A stretch of 62,881 nt of DNA, counting the filler, from Bipalium vagum (lineage: Eukaryota), in NCBI GenBank assembly GCA_037834085.1. It is 3 parts of 3 records of this genome, joined end to end, with 100 filler letters (N's around TTAATTAATTAA, not from the genome) between each part and the next. Parts side by side here need not be neighbours in the genome. Positions count along the whole stretch, not along the records: positions 1 to 17,686 come from JBBMKC010055630.1; positions 17,787 to 36,955 come from JBBMKC010005468.1; 1 more part is not named here. One strand, given 5' to 3'. The translations under genes were made by a program, and so were the position numbers. Shown here piece after piece: positions 12,425-25,160 of this stretch (position 1 is the stretch's first letter; each line of letters begins with the position of its first letter). The notes under the pieces were generated by a model that was not told the DNA's origin, made no database searches, and saw only the letters and a program-made list of their open reading frames with translations.

Positions 12425-13697
12425 TTGGGTTGATTCATAAGTTCGTGCGTTTTAAATGAAAATATTATGCATGTTTTAGAGATAAGAATCTAGCAATCAA
12501 ACAAATTTTATTCAGAAAATAAAGACCATCGTGTTCAACTGTCCTAATCCAACGATTGGCAAGTTTTTCGATGCCACTCCGGTACCATGCTTTATCTTTG
12601 GAAAGGAAAAATTCACCACATTCATTTTCAACCTGTTCTATATTCTCAAACTGTCGCCCTCTAAGGAAATGAGCCCTTGATAGGTAAAGGTGGTAATTGG
12701 TGGATACTAGATCTGGACTGAATGCAGCATGTGGTAAAATTTCTATTCCTTTTAATTTGGTAATTTTATTTTGCGTTACTCGCGCAGTATGCGAACGAGC
12801 ATTATCCTGTTGCAGAAGCACCCGCTTTCTGTTGACTTAAGCAGGGTATTTTATGGCTAATTGTTGGTACATCCAATCAAGTTGAGCAGAATATAACTCA
12901 GCAGTAATGGTTTGGCCATCTGTAAGTACTTCGAAGTGTATAATCACCTCAAAGTTCCACCACACTCACAACATGATCTTTTTTCCAAACCTATCTTGTT
13001 TTGGAACACCCTTGGCCTTCTGGCCTGGCTCCAACCATTGATTTCTCCTGCTCGGATTATAAAAATACTGGAGGAATCAATATTTTTTGACTATGCGACG
13101 CATAAAGTGTTCATCATTTGGATTATTTAATAATTGACGACAGATCGACAAATAGCGTTCAGCTTGACTTGGCGTCAAATCATGCGGTACTTCAGAAACG
13201 GGATTGTATCGCTTGTTATGTTGATGATGAACCACTGATAGTTGTGCTGTTCTGGTCTCAGCCGACAATCTACGCGTATTATTTGATGGATTAATGTCTA
13301 CGGCTTTGAGAATAGCTTCCGAATCTACATTGGGGGGACATCCACTGAGAGGATAATCATTGAGGTCTATATCACCACTTTTGAGCAGTTCTTATGTACA
13401 CTGATTTGTCACCTTCAACTTCACATATTTTCTTTGCAGCATCTATGGCTCTAAAATTCTGCTTCCAGTAATGTTTCAGAAGATTACGGATTGCTAATTT
13501 CTCTATGCTTTCTTTTTGAATAAATATATATATACACAAACTACACATAATGTAATATAATCAAAATTATCTTACGCGTCTTTATCTCAGCTTTCAAATG
13601 GTGTGCAACATGTTAATATTAAAAAAAAAATAATATATTTAAAATTTGCTGTTAAAGTTTATATAGAAAAAACGCACGAACTTATGAATCAACCCAA
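12425..13697 (-). mobile_element. Full-length (1273 bp) non-functional mariner with perfect 29-bp TIRs and TA TSD
   Basis: TIR TTGGGTTGATTCATAAGTTCGTGCGTTTT at 12425-12453 and exact reverse complement at 13669-13697; TA at 12423-24 and 13698-99. Transposase pieces IRNLLKHYWKQNFRAIDAAKKICEVEG, VPHDLT, LLQQDNARSH, FSPDLVSTNYHLY; broken by frameshifts and stops. Confidence 0.97.
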
Positions 13698-13887
13698 TAT
13701 TAGAATTACTCAATTATTTCAAAGATTATTTATTATGGTTTTTCATATAGTATTATTTAATATTCTTTATCCACATTAACATATAATTTTTAAGCGTATT
13801 ATTTAAAGGTGTTTTTATATAAAATTAATGTATTCTTACATTATTTATTAAGATTTCTTATTCTTAGAGATATAATTTACTCAAGAA

Positions 13888-14877
13888 ATGATAAGGATCT
13901 GCCTGATGTATGACTTTAAGTATAGATTAAATGCCAGACAGCCTTATGAACGGATATCTATGGCATTAATCGAACCTATTAGTTTAAGTACATCTGAAAA
14001 ATGGTTTAAAATGTTTCGGAACAAAGATTTCGACATGCAAGACAAGCCAAAATCTGGTAGACCTGTACAGACAGACATTGACGAACTGAATAGACTAGTG
14101 GAATAGGATCCTTGTCAAACAACACGAAATTTGAAAAACTAAATGCGGAAAAGGGGTTACACATGCTGTAGATGAATAGCAACTTTTGAATTGGTGACAG
14201 TTTTTTTTGCTCACTAGCATGACCTAAACACATTTCTGGAAAGAGCTGTGATGAAAAATGGATTTTTTGTCAACGCTGAGCATAAAAAGCAGTGGTTAGA
14301 TTCTGGTGAAGAATCAATCCCAACTTCATAATCAGGTCTTCATCCGAAAAAATTTTTCTCTGTGTGTGATAGGATATGAAGGGATTAATATATATGGAGC
14401 TTCTGAATATAGATGAAATCATCACTAGTGAGATCTATTGTCGGCAAGTAAGTGAGCTACATTATAAATTGAAGCTTACTAGACCATCTCTGCTCAATCG
14501 ACGGCGTTATTTTTCAACAAGACAATGCAAAACCACATACATAAAATATGACCAGGGAGAAACTAAAAGAGTTTGGGTGCGAATGTCTTCCTCACCCACC
14601 ATATAGTCCAGATAGGGCTCCAGCAGATTATCATCTTCTCCGTTCATTTCACCACTTCTTAAAGGAAAAAGAATTCAATAGCAAATGCGCTGACGAAATT
14701 GCCATCTCTGCGTATTTCACCAGAAAGGACCAGAGGTTCTTCAAGCCTGGTATTGATATTTTGCCTGAACGTTGGACAAAGATAATTGATAACGATAGGC
14801 ATTATATTATTGAATAAAAAATTCTTGTGTTTTTAAAATAAATAAATTTTACTGTAAAGACTTAAGAGACGACCTAA
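13888..14877 (+). mobile_element. Degenerate mariner, head-to-head with the previous copy
   Basis: IRICLMYDFK...KWFKMFRNKDFDMQDKPKSGRP, CDEKWIF, QDNAKPH, HPPYSPDRAPADYHL, GIDILPERWTKIIDNDRHY. Candidate right TIR ends GAGACGACCTAA|TA at 14877; left TIR not recognisable. Confidence 0.92.
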
Positions 14878-17199
14878 TATGATTTTTCAGAACTTCATTA
14901 GTTTTCTTATTATAATTATTTTAATTACCACCGAACTTATTGTGTAACATTATTATTATTGTAATTAGTTACCAGGCCCTGTTGTCTTATTTTAATCGGA
15001 CCTTCAATGGCATATCATCTTATACTTCAAATCAAAAATTGGAAGATTATGAGAATTTGTTTCTCCTCCTAAATTTTAACTTTCAATATTGCTTTAAAAG
15101 ATTCTTCACATTCAAAAGAGAATTTTAATTCTTTTTACTTGATATTTCAATCAATTAAATAAGGAAAATGAATAAAATAAGATTTTCAAAAACTGTATAG
15201 GAACTGTACTCCCAATGCCAATAGTTTTTGATACATAAAAAATAAAATACAAGTTGTAAAACCAACTTTCATTTCGTACTGAAATTCAGCCTTTGTGAAA
15301 AGAAGATATAAAACATCGATTTCTTTTACACTTTGTTTACGGATCACATAGGTTGCAATATAAATATTTACTGGTAAATACTAAATGAAATTATCAACAA
15401 AGTCGTGGAAAAAAAATTTCTCCAAATATTAACTGAAAAAAGACACTTAAATTTCCAAGTAAACTTGAGTCAAATAGTGATAGTACAAGAAAAGAGAATG
15501 TTGATCTTTTTCCAATATTTAACAATTCGGAAATTTAATGCATTGATAAAATATTAAATTTAAATGCTTATAAAAAATTTTTAATTATAAAAATGGCTCT
15601 TCATTAAATTCTTTTACTGAGATTAAAATCGAAATTATTATTATTCTTATTATTATTATTAAAGATTACAAATGCGCAATAAAAGATTTTTATTTTTATT
15701 TATTTATAAAATAAGGTTTGCATAGTAATTACCCAGTTATATTTGTATTTTTCCCAACTTTTGATAAATAAAACAAAAAAATCTTGTAAAATATTATTTT
15801 TTCTAGTTTTATTATTTGTGCTTTATCGAATAAATTAAATAAATGAATATCGTAAAAAGCAAACTTCAAAGTATTTTTGAAGATATTTATTGAAATATTT
15901 TTAACCACTGACATGGTCTTTATTTATTTTTATTTTCCAGAATTACAAATTAAAAGTAGTTTCCAAGATTACATCAAATTACATGTTGTATGAACGACCT
16001 ATTAGTATTATGATTTTTGATAATTATTTTTATTTTTAGTAAGAACTAAAACTTTTGATAAATAGTTTTATTGAAATTCAATCGACATTTTAGATGAAAA
16101 CGTATATTTTATCTCTAAATTGATTATAAATTTTCGGGAAAATAATAAATATGGTTTCTCAGTTATATTATTAATTTTAATATCATTTAAAATATTACTC
16201 TAACTGAATATTAAATTGGACTACTTATTAACTTATTAAAGAGTAGTATGGGTTTATGGATCACTGACATATAATCAATTCTAAAATGCAGCTTCAACTC
16301 GTACATATTTAATAATGATCAAGTCTAATTCAATCATCTATTCTTATTGTCCTACATCTACTGAATTTGTTCAGCTCTGTCCTTGCCCATCATTTATTAT
16401 TATCAATTGAAAATGACAACAATATGCTAATCTATACAGCATCATCCAATTGAATATAATCTGATTTATTTTATATCTTTATAAAATAATTTTTATTGAT
16501 TCAATACTGGTAATCTTAGAGTGTCCCTGTCTTTTGTAATAAAATTTTGTCTAATGTTTCCTAAAATTTAACAAGCTCCATACCATTTTAACAATAAAAA
16601 CAATAAACAAAATGAGAAATATTGCGAAAATAATCCTCAATATATGAAGGCGATTTAATTTTATAATTCCTTATATAGTTATATAGTTATTATTTTTATA
16701 AATTAATATTATATTAGTGAGTGGACAAACCCTGCGATAAATTTTTTAAAAATTATTTGAATTGCAATTTTTATATTGGTCGAATATTGTTGTAATATTG
16801 TTTAAAAATACCAATAATGATAAATATTATATGAATTTGAACCTTTTATTTTAATAAAACCAATAATGCTGTTAAATTTTGGTTTACATTCTTTAGCATA
16901 ACATTTAGATTCAATAAACCATTATGGGAAAAACAAGATGGAAAATGTTTTTTAAAAAGTTTTGAAGTAGATCAGCCTGTAGAATTCGGTTCAGAAAGTG
17001 ATGATAAATAAAAAATAAAGCATATGAAACGATCTTGTCAGTGATTAAATTTAGACTGAGCTTCCAGGCACTTCTCAAAGCTGAAATTAAAAAAAATAAT
17101 ATATTGGTAGAAGCTTGATTGTGATGAATAGGTCTCAGACATTTTAGCTTCTTTAAAAAAGGAATCAATGAAAATGGTTGGGAAATACGAGCAGTTAAT

Positions 17200-17560
17200 C
17201 AACGACATCACCAGAAATGTCAATCCATAAATCTGGCACTGGTTTTTAGAGAACAGTCAATTCTTCTCCTCTTCAAAGTAAGATAATCTTACGAAATTAG
17301 TATGAATTGGAAAATAAGATTCACTATTATTTTCTGGACCTCTTTCTGCCAGAGTAATAGTTTTTTTTCAAAAATTTACGAAAATTTTGATTTTAAATGT
17401 TTAAAATTCTCTCGAGTTGTGTGACAGATTGCACCGTCTTGCTGGAAATACACATCCACATCCTTATCATTCAATGCTGGCCATAAATAATTAATAAAAA
17501 GTGAATTACCCTTTTACTCATTTACGATAATTGCATTTCCAGTTGCATTGAGAAATTTAA
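17200..17560 (-). mobile_element. rosa/maT-type Tc1/mariner transposase remnant
   Basis: Minus strand FLNATGNAIIVN...INYLWPALNDKDVDVYFQQDGAICHTTRE. Confidence 0.75.
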
Positions 17561-17592
17561 AAACATACTATAAGGGAACATTTTTACAAACC

Positions 17593-17686
17593 TGTTGGGT
17601 TAGCCAAGGACACATCTCTGTTAACCATGATACAAATTAAAAAACAAAGACCTCAAAAGGGTCAGAAATGTAATAATAATAATAAT
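17593..17686 (+). mobile_element. 5' end of an LTR related to the solo LTR at 53093, cut by the linker
   Basis: TGTTGGGTTAGCCAAGGACACATCTCTGTTAACC matches 53093 onward (TGTTGGGTTAGCCAAGGATACATCCCTGTTAACC) with 2 mismatches; AAAGGGTCAGAA also shared. Confidence 0.85.
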
Positions 17687-17786
17687 NNNNNNNNNNNNNN
17701 NNNNNNNNNNNNNNNNNNNNNNNNNNNNNNTTAATTAATTAANNNNNNNNNNNNNNNNNNNNNNNNNNNNNNNNNNNNNNNNNNNN
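17687..17786. other. Artificial contig linker
   Basis: 44 N + TTAATTAATTAA (stops in all six frames, 17731-17742) + 44 N = exactly 100 bp. Confidence 0.95.
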
Positions 17787-18560
17787 GTGAATTTTAATTA
17801 AAAGACGAACACGTACAAAAGCAACCTTCAACCGTTGAGACCTGAGAGATATTTAAGCTCCGAATTTTAACATCCTTTTTATCCATCAAACTCCAGGATC
17901 TTAACACTTCTTTTGGTTGTCTTATTAGATTTATGCTTGAAATAATAATTCTCATAAATTTTTGTGATTCAATAAATTGTGAGAAATCCATATCTCAGTT
18001 CTGTTTTACTTCCCAATAGGGTACAGATGATCGCGGACTGTCTGCTCACCACTTCGACCAATTGTAATGCAGCTTCATTATCCCGAATCGATGGTCAACC
18101 ATTTTTCGAAAAGTCTAGCAGGCTTTTTCTCCATTTCCTAATCGATTGAATCATATTGAGTCTCACTTAATCCATTCTTCACATTTTTTTTATTTTTATC
18201 TACGCAACTCTTGCACTATAGCCCTGATCAAATTTATACAATATGCATTGTTTAATATCTTTATCTATATTTTGATATTTAAACTACATCTAGTAATTAT
18301 ATAACAATGCCCGTAAATATTTTTCTTACAATAAGTATTTTGTAATCTAGACAAAATATATCAGAAATAAAGAGCTGTTACTTTCTTTAATTTATGCTAA
18401 ACTTCAAAAATTTTTCTTGGAATTATAATTTTAATATTTAAGTATGTGTTTAAATAAAATAAATCATAAATAGAAATTTGAATAATTTGAAAACTTCACA
18501 AAAATTTTCGCACAGGTTAATATTTTGGTATTTATAATTTTTAAATTACAGTAATAAAAC

Positions 18561-19277
18561 ATGAAATCAGATGTCAGACTGACTGCACAACGATTAAGTA
18601 AAGAATGTAATAATCACATTCAAATTGCAAATATTTTAGAAATCCTGTTCTATTCTGCCAGAAATTTGGTTATATATACATGGAAACAGAATAAAAAGAA
18701 AATTGGCCACAAAAATAAAATTGCAGAGTGCTTTTTTATCCACAAAACGTGAAATACCTCGCTTAAATGTTCAACATGAAAATGTAAATTAAGCAAAATT
18801 GATGAGAATCTTAGATTTTAACGTTCAGGACAGTACAAGGACAGTACATCGCCACTTGTTAAAATTATATTATAATTACAAGAAGACAACAAACCAAATA
18901 GTTATCAAAGAAGCATAAGCTGCTAAAATTAGATATAACCAGTTGTTTTTTTCAAAAATATCAACCTTGGAAAAATACAATATCAACCTTGGAAAAATAC
19001 AATATTTACAGATGAAAAAAGATTTACTCTAAATGGACCAAACAACTGGATCCCATAAATGCAAAGAAATTCGAAATATATTTTTCAAAAACGACATTAC
19101 AATGATGGTGTAAAGCTGTGGTTATTGATTTTTCCAAATTGTCTTTTATCATTCCATATAATAGTTGGTAAGTTATCATCTAATAATTTCGTACAAATGT
19201 TGCAAACATACATTGTACCAACTAAAAGGATGATATTTTCCTTTCAACAAGATAATTTTAAAGCCATATTGCAATAA
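18561..19277 (+). mobile_element. Tc1/Tc3-like transposase remnant
   Basis: QPWKNTIFTDEKRFTLNGPNNW (cf. W-VIFSDEKKFNLDGPDG) and FSFQQDN; C-terminus missing. Confidence 0.8.
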
Positions 19278-19279
19278 AA

Positions 19280-19800
19280 ACCGGAGCAATCTCCACTTGT
19301 AATAAGCCTTGACACATTATTTATAAGTTCAATTAAAGATTTCTACATTTTCTGATCTCTCTCTTGGTACAACGTCCTTCTATTTTGATAATACTTTTTT
19401 AATAGGTTTTGAAAACAGGAGTATAAATGTAAAAAAGTAAACTGAAACCGGTTTCCTCTATCAATTTGTTTATTCTTGTAGTTTTATGGAAAGGAACATT
19501 ATCTATCATTAATACCGATTTCGTATACATTTTTTAACGAAAGCTAGTAGTTTTCCTATATATTAATAAGTCATCATTAAAAGAACGAGTTTGAGCAACA
19601 TAATTAAACAAAGATTCCTAATTCATTGCACAGCAAACAGATGTGTTTCTTGATCTGATAGATTAGACAGTCTGAAAAAAAATTTAAAAGATCAATCTCT
19701 CTTAGCTCTCATCAAAACCAACTTCGTCAATAAAGATACGTTAATTTCAGAAACATGAGAAGGAAGTTTAATAAAATCTTGTGCATAGAAAAATTTTGGA
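19280..19800 (-). mobile_element. IS630/Tc1-like (DDE_3) transposase remnant
   Basis: Minus strand IFIDEVGF, SIRSRNTSVCCAMN, VAQTRSFN, VLMIDNVPFHK and a degenerate LPPYSPxLNPIE (LHLYSCFQNPI). Confidence 0.75.
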
Positions 19801-20799
19801 AAATAATCAAAAAAAACAAAAGTACAAATTAAAAAAAAGTCATAATTAAACTTAGCATTGTCAAAAAAGACCTTTACGATACCAAAATTAAATTTGCAAT
19901 GCCAAAATAGAGGAGAAAAAGGTGTAACAATATTTTTATCAATATTTGTGTTATGTTAATTTTTCTGACTAGGAGAAATATTAATATCGTTGGGCACTGA
20001 AGATAAATTAGTGGTAATTCTGAATATCTTCCCATTACTCAACACAAAACCAAAAATTGTGTAAGATAAGATAATGGTTTTTAATTAAATTTATTGGGTA
20101 ATCACAGTTAAAATCGATCAGTAAAATTACAATTATTCAAAATATGTTTAACTTCCAAAATTTATTATAGTAGTTATTTGAAGTTTTGATTCTTATGGAC
20201 TGACGACAGTTAACATTAGTTTTCTGGTGATTACAGATCTCAACCTAAATCTGTAAAGATCTGAAGTTATTAGAAAATGTTAGTAATAGTATATCTTTTC
20301 TTTGAGGTGTAGGAAATTAAATCTCAAGTACTTTTACTTTGGTGATTGTTATTTTCGAAAAAATACTGGAAGATCAGTTCATTTAAACCATATACAGGTG
20401 AAGTTGAAACAAAATCAAAGACTTGCTTGAATTTGAAAATTATATAGCAAAGGTAGGCGTGAGCTTCGTCTTTTTCTCATTAATTTGAACAAAAAGAAGA
20501 CTATTTATTAATAATTGGGACTCGGAGAATATGTATTAAAATGTCCTGATTTTTTCTTTCTAGTGTGGTAATTCAAAATCTTAATTTTAGAAACCTTAAC
20601 AATTGAACCCTTAATAAAACAGGAATTGACAATTAAATAAAATTATCTGGTTGGATTGGAAAATATTTTGAAATCATTTATTATAAACTCAAAAATATTT
20701 TGAAATCATTTATTATAAACTCATACCGATCAATAAAACATTTCATTCTGATCTCCATTGAAATAAATTAACATTAGGAAAAACAACAAAAAAAATTAG

Positions 20800-21060
20800 A
20801 TAAATTAGAAAACCATTTTGTTCCAATGGTCTTCATACCGCATATATTTTTGAATTCCCAACAAAGATTGAACTAGTGACTGGTAAGTAATTATGCAGCC
20901 ACCATACAGTCGGTATCTGGCCCCATTAGATTATCATTTATTTCTTTATAAACTCTGAATTAAATTTCAGTTCCATGAAACAATATAAAGAATTATTTTT
21001 ATTTTTTATTGATGGAGTTGGCAATGATTATCTACATAAAAGGTTAACAAACGGCTTCAA
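20800..21060 (+). mobile_element. mariner C-terminal fragment
   Basis: QPPYSRYLAPLDYHLF (cf. HPPYSPDLAPSDYHLF) at about 20897-20944. Confidence 0.65.
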
Positions 21061-22506
21061 AATAAATTTTTATTCAACTTTTTTCTATTTACTTTCAATT
21101 TTTTTTAAAATACCAAGAAACCTCTACAATGAAAATAACAGAATCGTTTTTATAAATATCAAAATTCTCCATTTATACTTATTTCTCAAACATTAGAATT
21201 ACTTGTACTACTACACCAGCATAAGATATGTAAAAATCAGAAAAACCTCCGAACAATCCTGGCAAAAGAAAAAGAAACGAAGAGTTATCCAATTTAAACT
21301 ACAACCATCAAATGAAAAATGAAATGATTACCAAAAAACATCAAGTCAAGAAACGAAGAGGCACAATATATTACAACGTGATGCAATTTGTCAAAATTGT
21401 GAAACCATGTATCAAATTTCCTTCTAAAATGTAAATATTGTTTCATCAATTTAAATAGTCAAAATTATTTAAATAATAATTTCACGTTAATATTAAATCA
21501 ATTTCTTAATAATCAATAAATATAATAGATCTAATGAATATTCATAAACTATAAATTACGAAAATTATTCTTAATCAAACTATTAAAATGAGAATGTTAA
21601 CAATAATATCATTTATTAATTTTTATTTTTAAAAAACATACACCTTACCTGAAATTTAAATAAAAAATAAAAATATTATTTAAGAAAATTAAATCAAAAA
21701 AATCAAAAATTTTAAAATCAATATTTAAACAACGCAGACTAAAAATTAAATATTTATAACCATTATGTGTTAATTTATTTTAAAATGATTCAACTTATTT
21801 TACGGAAAAATTAATTTTCATTTTTTAAATTATGCAATTCTCAGAGATTAAACAAAACCGTTTGGAGAAGAATTTTCGTTTAATTTTAAAAATATAATTC
21901 ATATTGTAGAGATTTAACTAATTGTCCAAAGATTTTTGTCAAAATTAAAGAAATAATATACATTTAATAACTTTATTACCTTAAGAATTTTTTGGACATA
22001 TTTTAAATTTACAAATTCCTGCTTAATTAAAATGTATCTCTTAAAATCAATAAAGTTCTCAACATAAATTGATGATTAATTTAATTTTGATGGAACAATA
22101 ATATTTTATAGTAATTATTTTAATTGGATTTAATTTACAAAACTGTCAATATATAACCCATGATGTAAATGTTACTGGTTCAAATCCATAAATCTCATTA
22201 ACTTAAGAGATAATACGTAAAGATTTTCCTAAAACAAAAGAAAACCTCTCTTATGAAGAACAAAGAAATAAATTCAACAAAACCAGGAGAATGACCTTCC
22301 ATAATAATGTGCTAGGATATATCTGAGCAGCAGCAAAATAAAATCACTTTCAGAAATCATGCTTTTCTTTAGGTATATTTTGACTGAAATAATCGATTCT
22401 ACTTTTGTTTGTTACCAAATCTTATAAAATCTAATTCTTATGATTGAATTATCACTGTCAACCATTATCTAATTTTTGGTTACACGGTATTTAGATTTAT
22501 AAAGTA

Positions 22507-22830
22507 ATATGAAAAGCCACCAATTACGTATTATTTACGTATGAGTTTGAACTGGGTCCTAAAACAGCGGAAGCAAGTCGACCCTTTTTTGACAAACGTA
22601 TGCTACAAAATAGGTTCAGAAAAGTTCACCATGAAAATTAAACAAAAGAAATGGTCAATATTAGATCTAAAACGATAGGCGGACATCAATGCTGACCTAT
22701 TGAAGACTTCGACTTAGCCGAATTAATGTACAACAATTTGAGAACCTACAACAGATTTATTTTTAAAAATTAAAACAATTTTGAGCCACCTGAAAAACTT
22801 GGTAAGTGAGAAAACCAAACATGATTCATT
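22507..22830 (+). mobile_element. mariner N-terminal fragment
   Basis: MKSHQLRII...YEFELGPKTAEASR...QNRFRK resembles the Hsmar1-like HTH start. Confidence 0.55.
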
Positions 22831-23239
22831 GATTTCATTGTTTCAGAATTACTGAATTCTATTCATGCGTCACTGACATAAAGCAATATTTTGGTCAAAA
22901 TGTGTTGAACCCAATGTGTCTTATTTTGATTAATAAACTATTTTTTAATTGGAATGCCTGCATTTCATTTTTAGGGTAGATAAAGTGACATCATTTTAAA
23001 GTAATGTATGAACAGTTCACAATTTTTTAAGGGCATCTATATTTGACATTTCACATTAAAAATCAATTTTTTAAAGTTGGTTGTGTCATATGTAATATTC
23101 GATAACATGAAAAATAGAAAAATAATGAAACAAGTATAAGAAATTTCGGATCATGTTTTTTATACCGATAAATAGCATCAAGCCTCTTTTTTCACCAATC
23201 GATTTTATATAAAACTTAATTTTTCATGTTGACAATAAA

Positions 23240-24030
23240 GAAATGGATATTAAATTAACAAACAGGATTGTTATGGGTGATCCATCCGATGCAATTCTGT
23301 TTTTAAGAGAAAACAGTCTATTATTATTATCAGGTAATTTATAATATTTATGTTACCTTATTTATGCGATGGTTGTGGCAAAATATTCAAAGAATGCACA
23401 CTCAAAGAAACAATGATTTTGTTTTTTGTCATTACCATACAAAATGCAGAGCCTATTCTCAACTGTCTAAAGATGCTCACACCCAAAGAATCGAATACAT
23501 TGAAGAATTTTTCAATATTTGTGTTTATTTTTCAAGTATATTCTTTGACCGAATCCATCAAAAAACATGATCCAAAATTTCTTATTCAATTAAAATAATC
23601 ATCTTTTTACACCGACAAGTTTTGTGAATTTGAGTAGAGATCTAGATTTTAGAATCAATGGTTTGAAATAAGAACAGATGAAAAAATATGATAATCAATA
23701 AACAGAGGTCAAGTTAGCCTGAATCATTTTTAAAGAATATAGACCAAAAAAATTTGTTCAAAAGATAATGACAAATTGCTGCCCAAAATTTGATAAAAAT
23801 TTGAAGACAAAAAATGTCGATTAGAAAAAGAAAAAATTGTTTCGGTCTAGTTCGATAAAAAAATTGGGGTGATGATATGTATGAATAAATAAAAGGAAAG
23901 AAAATAATCTTATGATCCAATATCAACTAAAGACTTTATGGCAGAACCATACTAAATTTGTATGAGAATCACGTAGATAAATCCGTTCCGATATCCTGAA
24001 TATCTTAAACCAATTACATGCCTGCAAATC
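23240..24030 (+). mobile_element. Merlin (IS1016/IS1595-like) transposase remnants
   Basis: AILFLRENSLL followed by CDGC, then RAYSQLS..DAHTQRIE (cf. Merlin WRAY..L...HTQxIE); a second piece has RTILNLYENHVDKS. Internally deleted and rearranged. Confidence 0.55.
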
Positions 24031-24832
24031 ATATTGTATCAAAAAGGCACCGCTATAAAAAGTGGAATTAAATTTATATTTGAAAATAGATTTTCTACGA
24101 TTTTTATAAAAAAAAATTTTCATAGATGAAATGAAACTTTATAACATTGTGAAGACTTTCAACCCGATAATCAGGACCATTCATAATCTCACCATCAAAG
24201 CCATTAAAGACAAATAAAAAAGCCCCTAAAATGAAGATGCAATCATATAAAATATCTGTCTTGTAAACAGTTGAGAGTTTCAGCATTTTAGGTGGAAAAT
24301 CATAACTTATGAGCACTTAACTAGATTACCATTAGTCGTTAAGACATCTTATCTTTAAATAAACTGAAAATAAAAAATAAAAATAAAGTGTCCGGGAAGC
24401 AGTTTATTCGAATCATTCATGAAAAATTTTAATCTGTGCAGGTAAATATAAATTATTTAAATCCGCAACTTTTTTTCTTCTTTCCTTTTACATTATTAAG
24501 TGGAGTCAATGTGTTGTGTTCTTGACAGTAAGCAGAACTACTCTAAATCGTTATGTTGACGGCTTTTGGTTCTAGGGCTTTTTTCAATTGGTTTTCATTT
24601 CACTTAATGAAATATATTTTGGTTTACTTAAATCATGATCTTGCAGTCTAGTTTTTGTTCAGTAACCATAATCTGAAGGCCTAAAAGGGCGTTAGTCATA
24701 GATGTTATCAGTTCTCTTTATGGCAATAAAAATAAAACGACAATATAAATAAATGGTTGACTGATCTATAAAATTATTAGAATAAACAGCCTTGATATTA
24801 ATGGGATTTTATCTATAATTATTAGTTGTATA

Positions 24833-25160
24833 TTGGGTGTCCATTAAGATCGATGCATTTTGTTTTACGAATAGAGACCTTTTTTGATATATAAAGAATA
24901 CAGATTATCATTAGTTACAGAACTCAGCATCAATAATATGTCCTCTTAGAGCACGTTTGTAGGTGTTCATTCGTTGAATCCAATTTTTCATTACTTTTAT
25001 TACACAAATCAGATGAAATTCCAGCAATAACGTGTACGATATAGTTTTTGAGAATTTCCATAGTGTCAGGGATGTTGTGGTAGACCATTAATTTGACTTA
25101 TTTCTAAAGGAGTAAGCCAAAACAAGCGGCCATTTGATTGGTCCATATTTTGAAATAAAT
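24833..25160 (-). mobile_element. rosa/maT-type Tc1/mariner 3' remnant
   Basis: Minus strand GPIKWP, then a decayed C-terminus with KVMKNWIQRMNTYKRALRGH; the end TA|TTGGGTGTCC looks like a TIR. Confidence 0.55.

Noticed and set aside
21200-21430. Possible piggyBac C-terminal cysteine-rich remnant
   Set aside because: Only a vague KRRGTIYY...KPC resemblance; key cysteines, TTAA ends and the core domain were not found.
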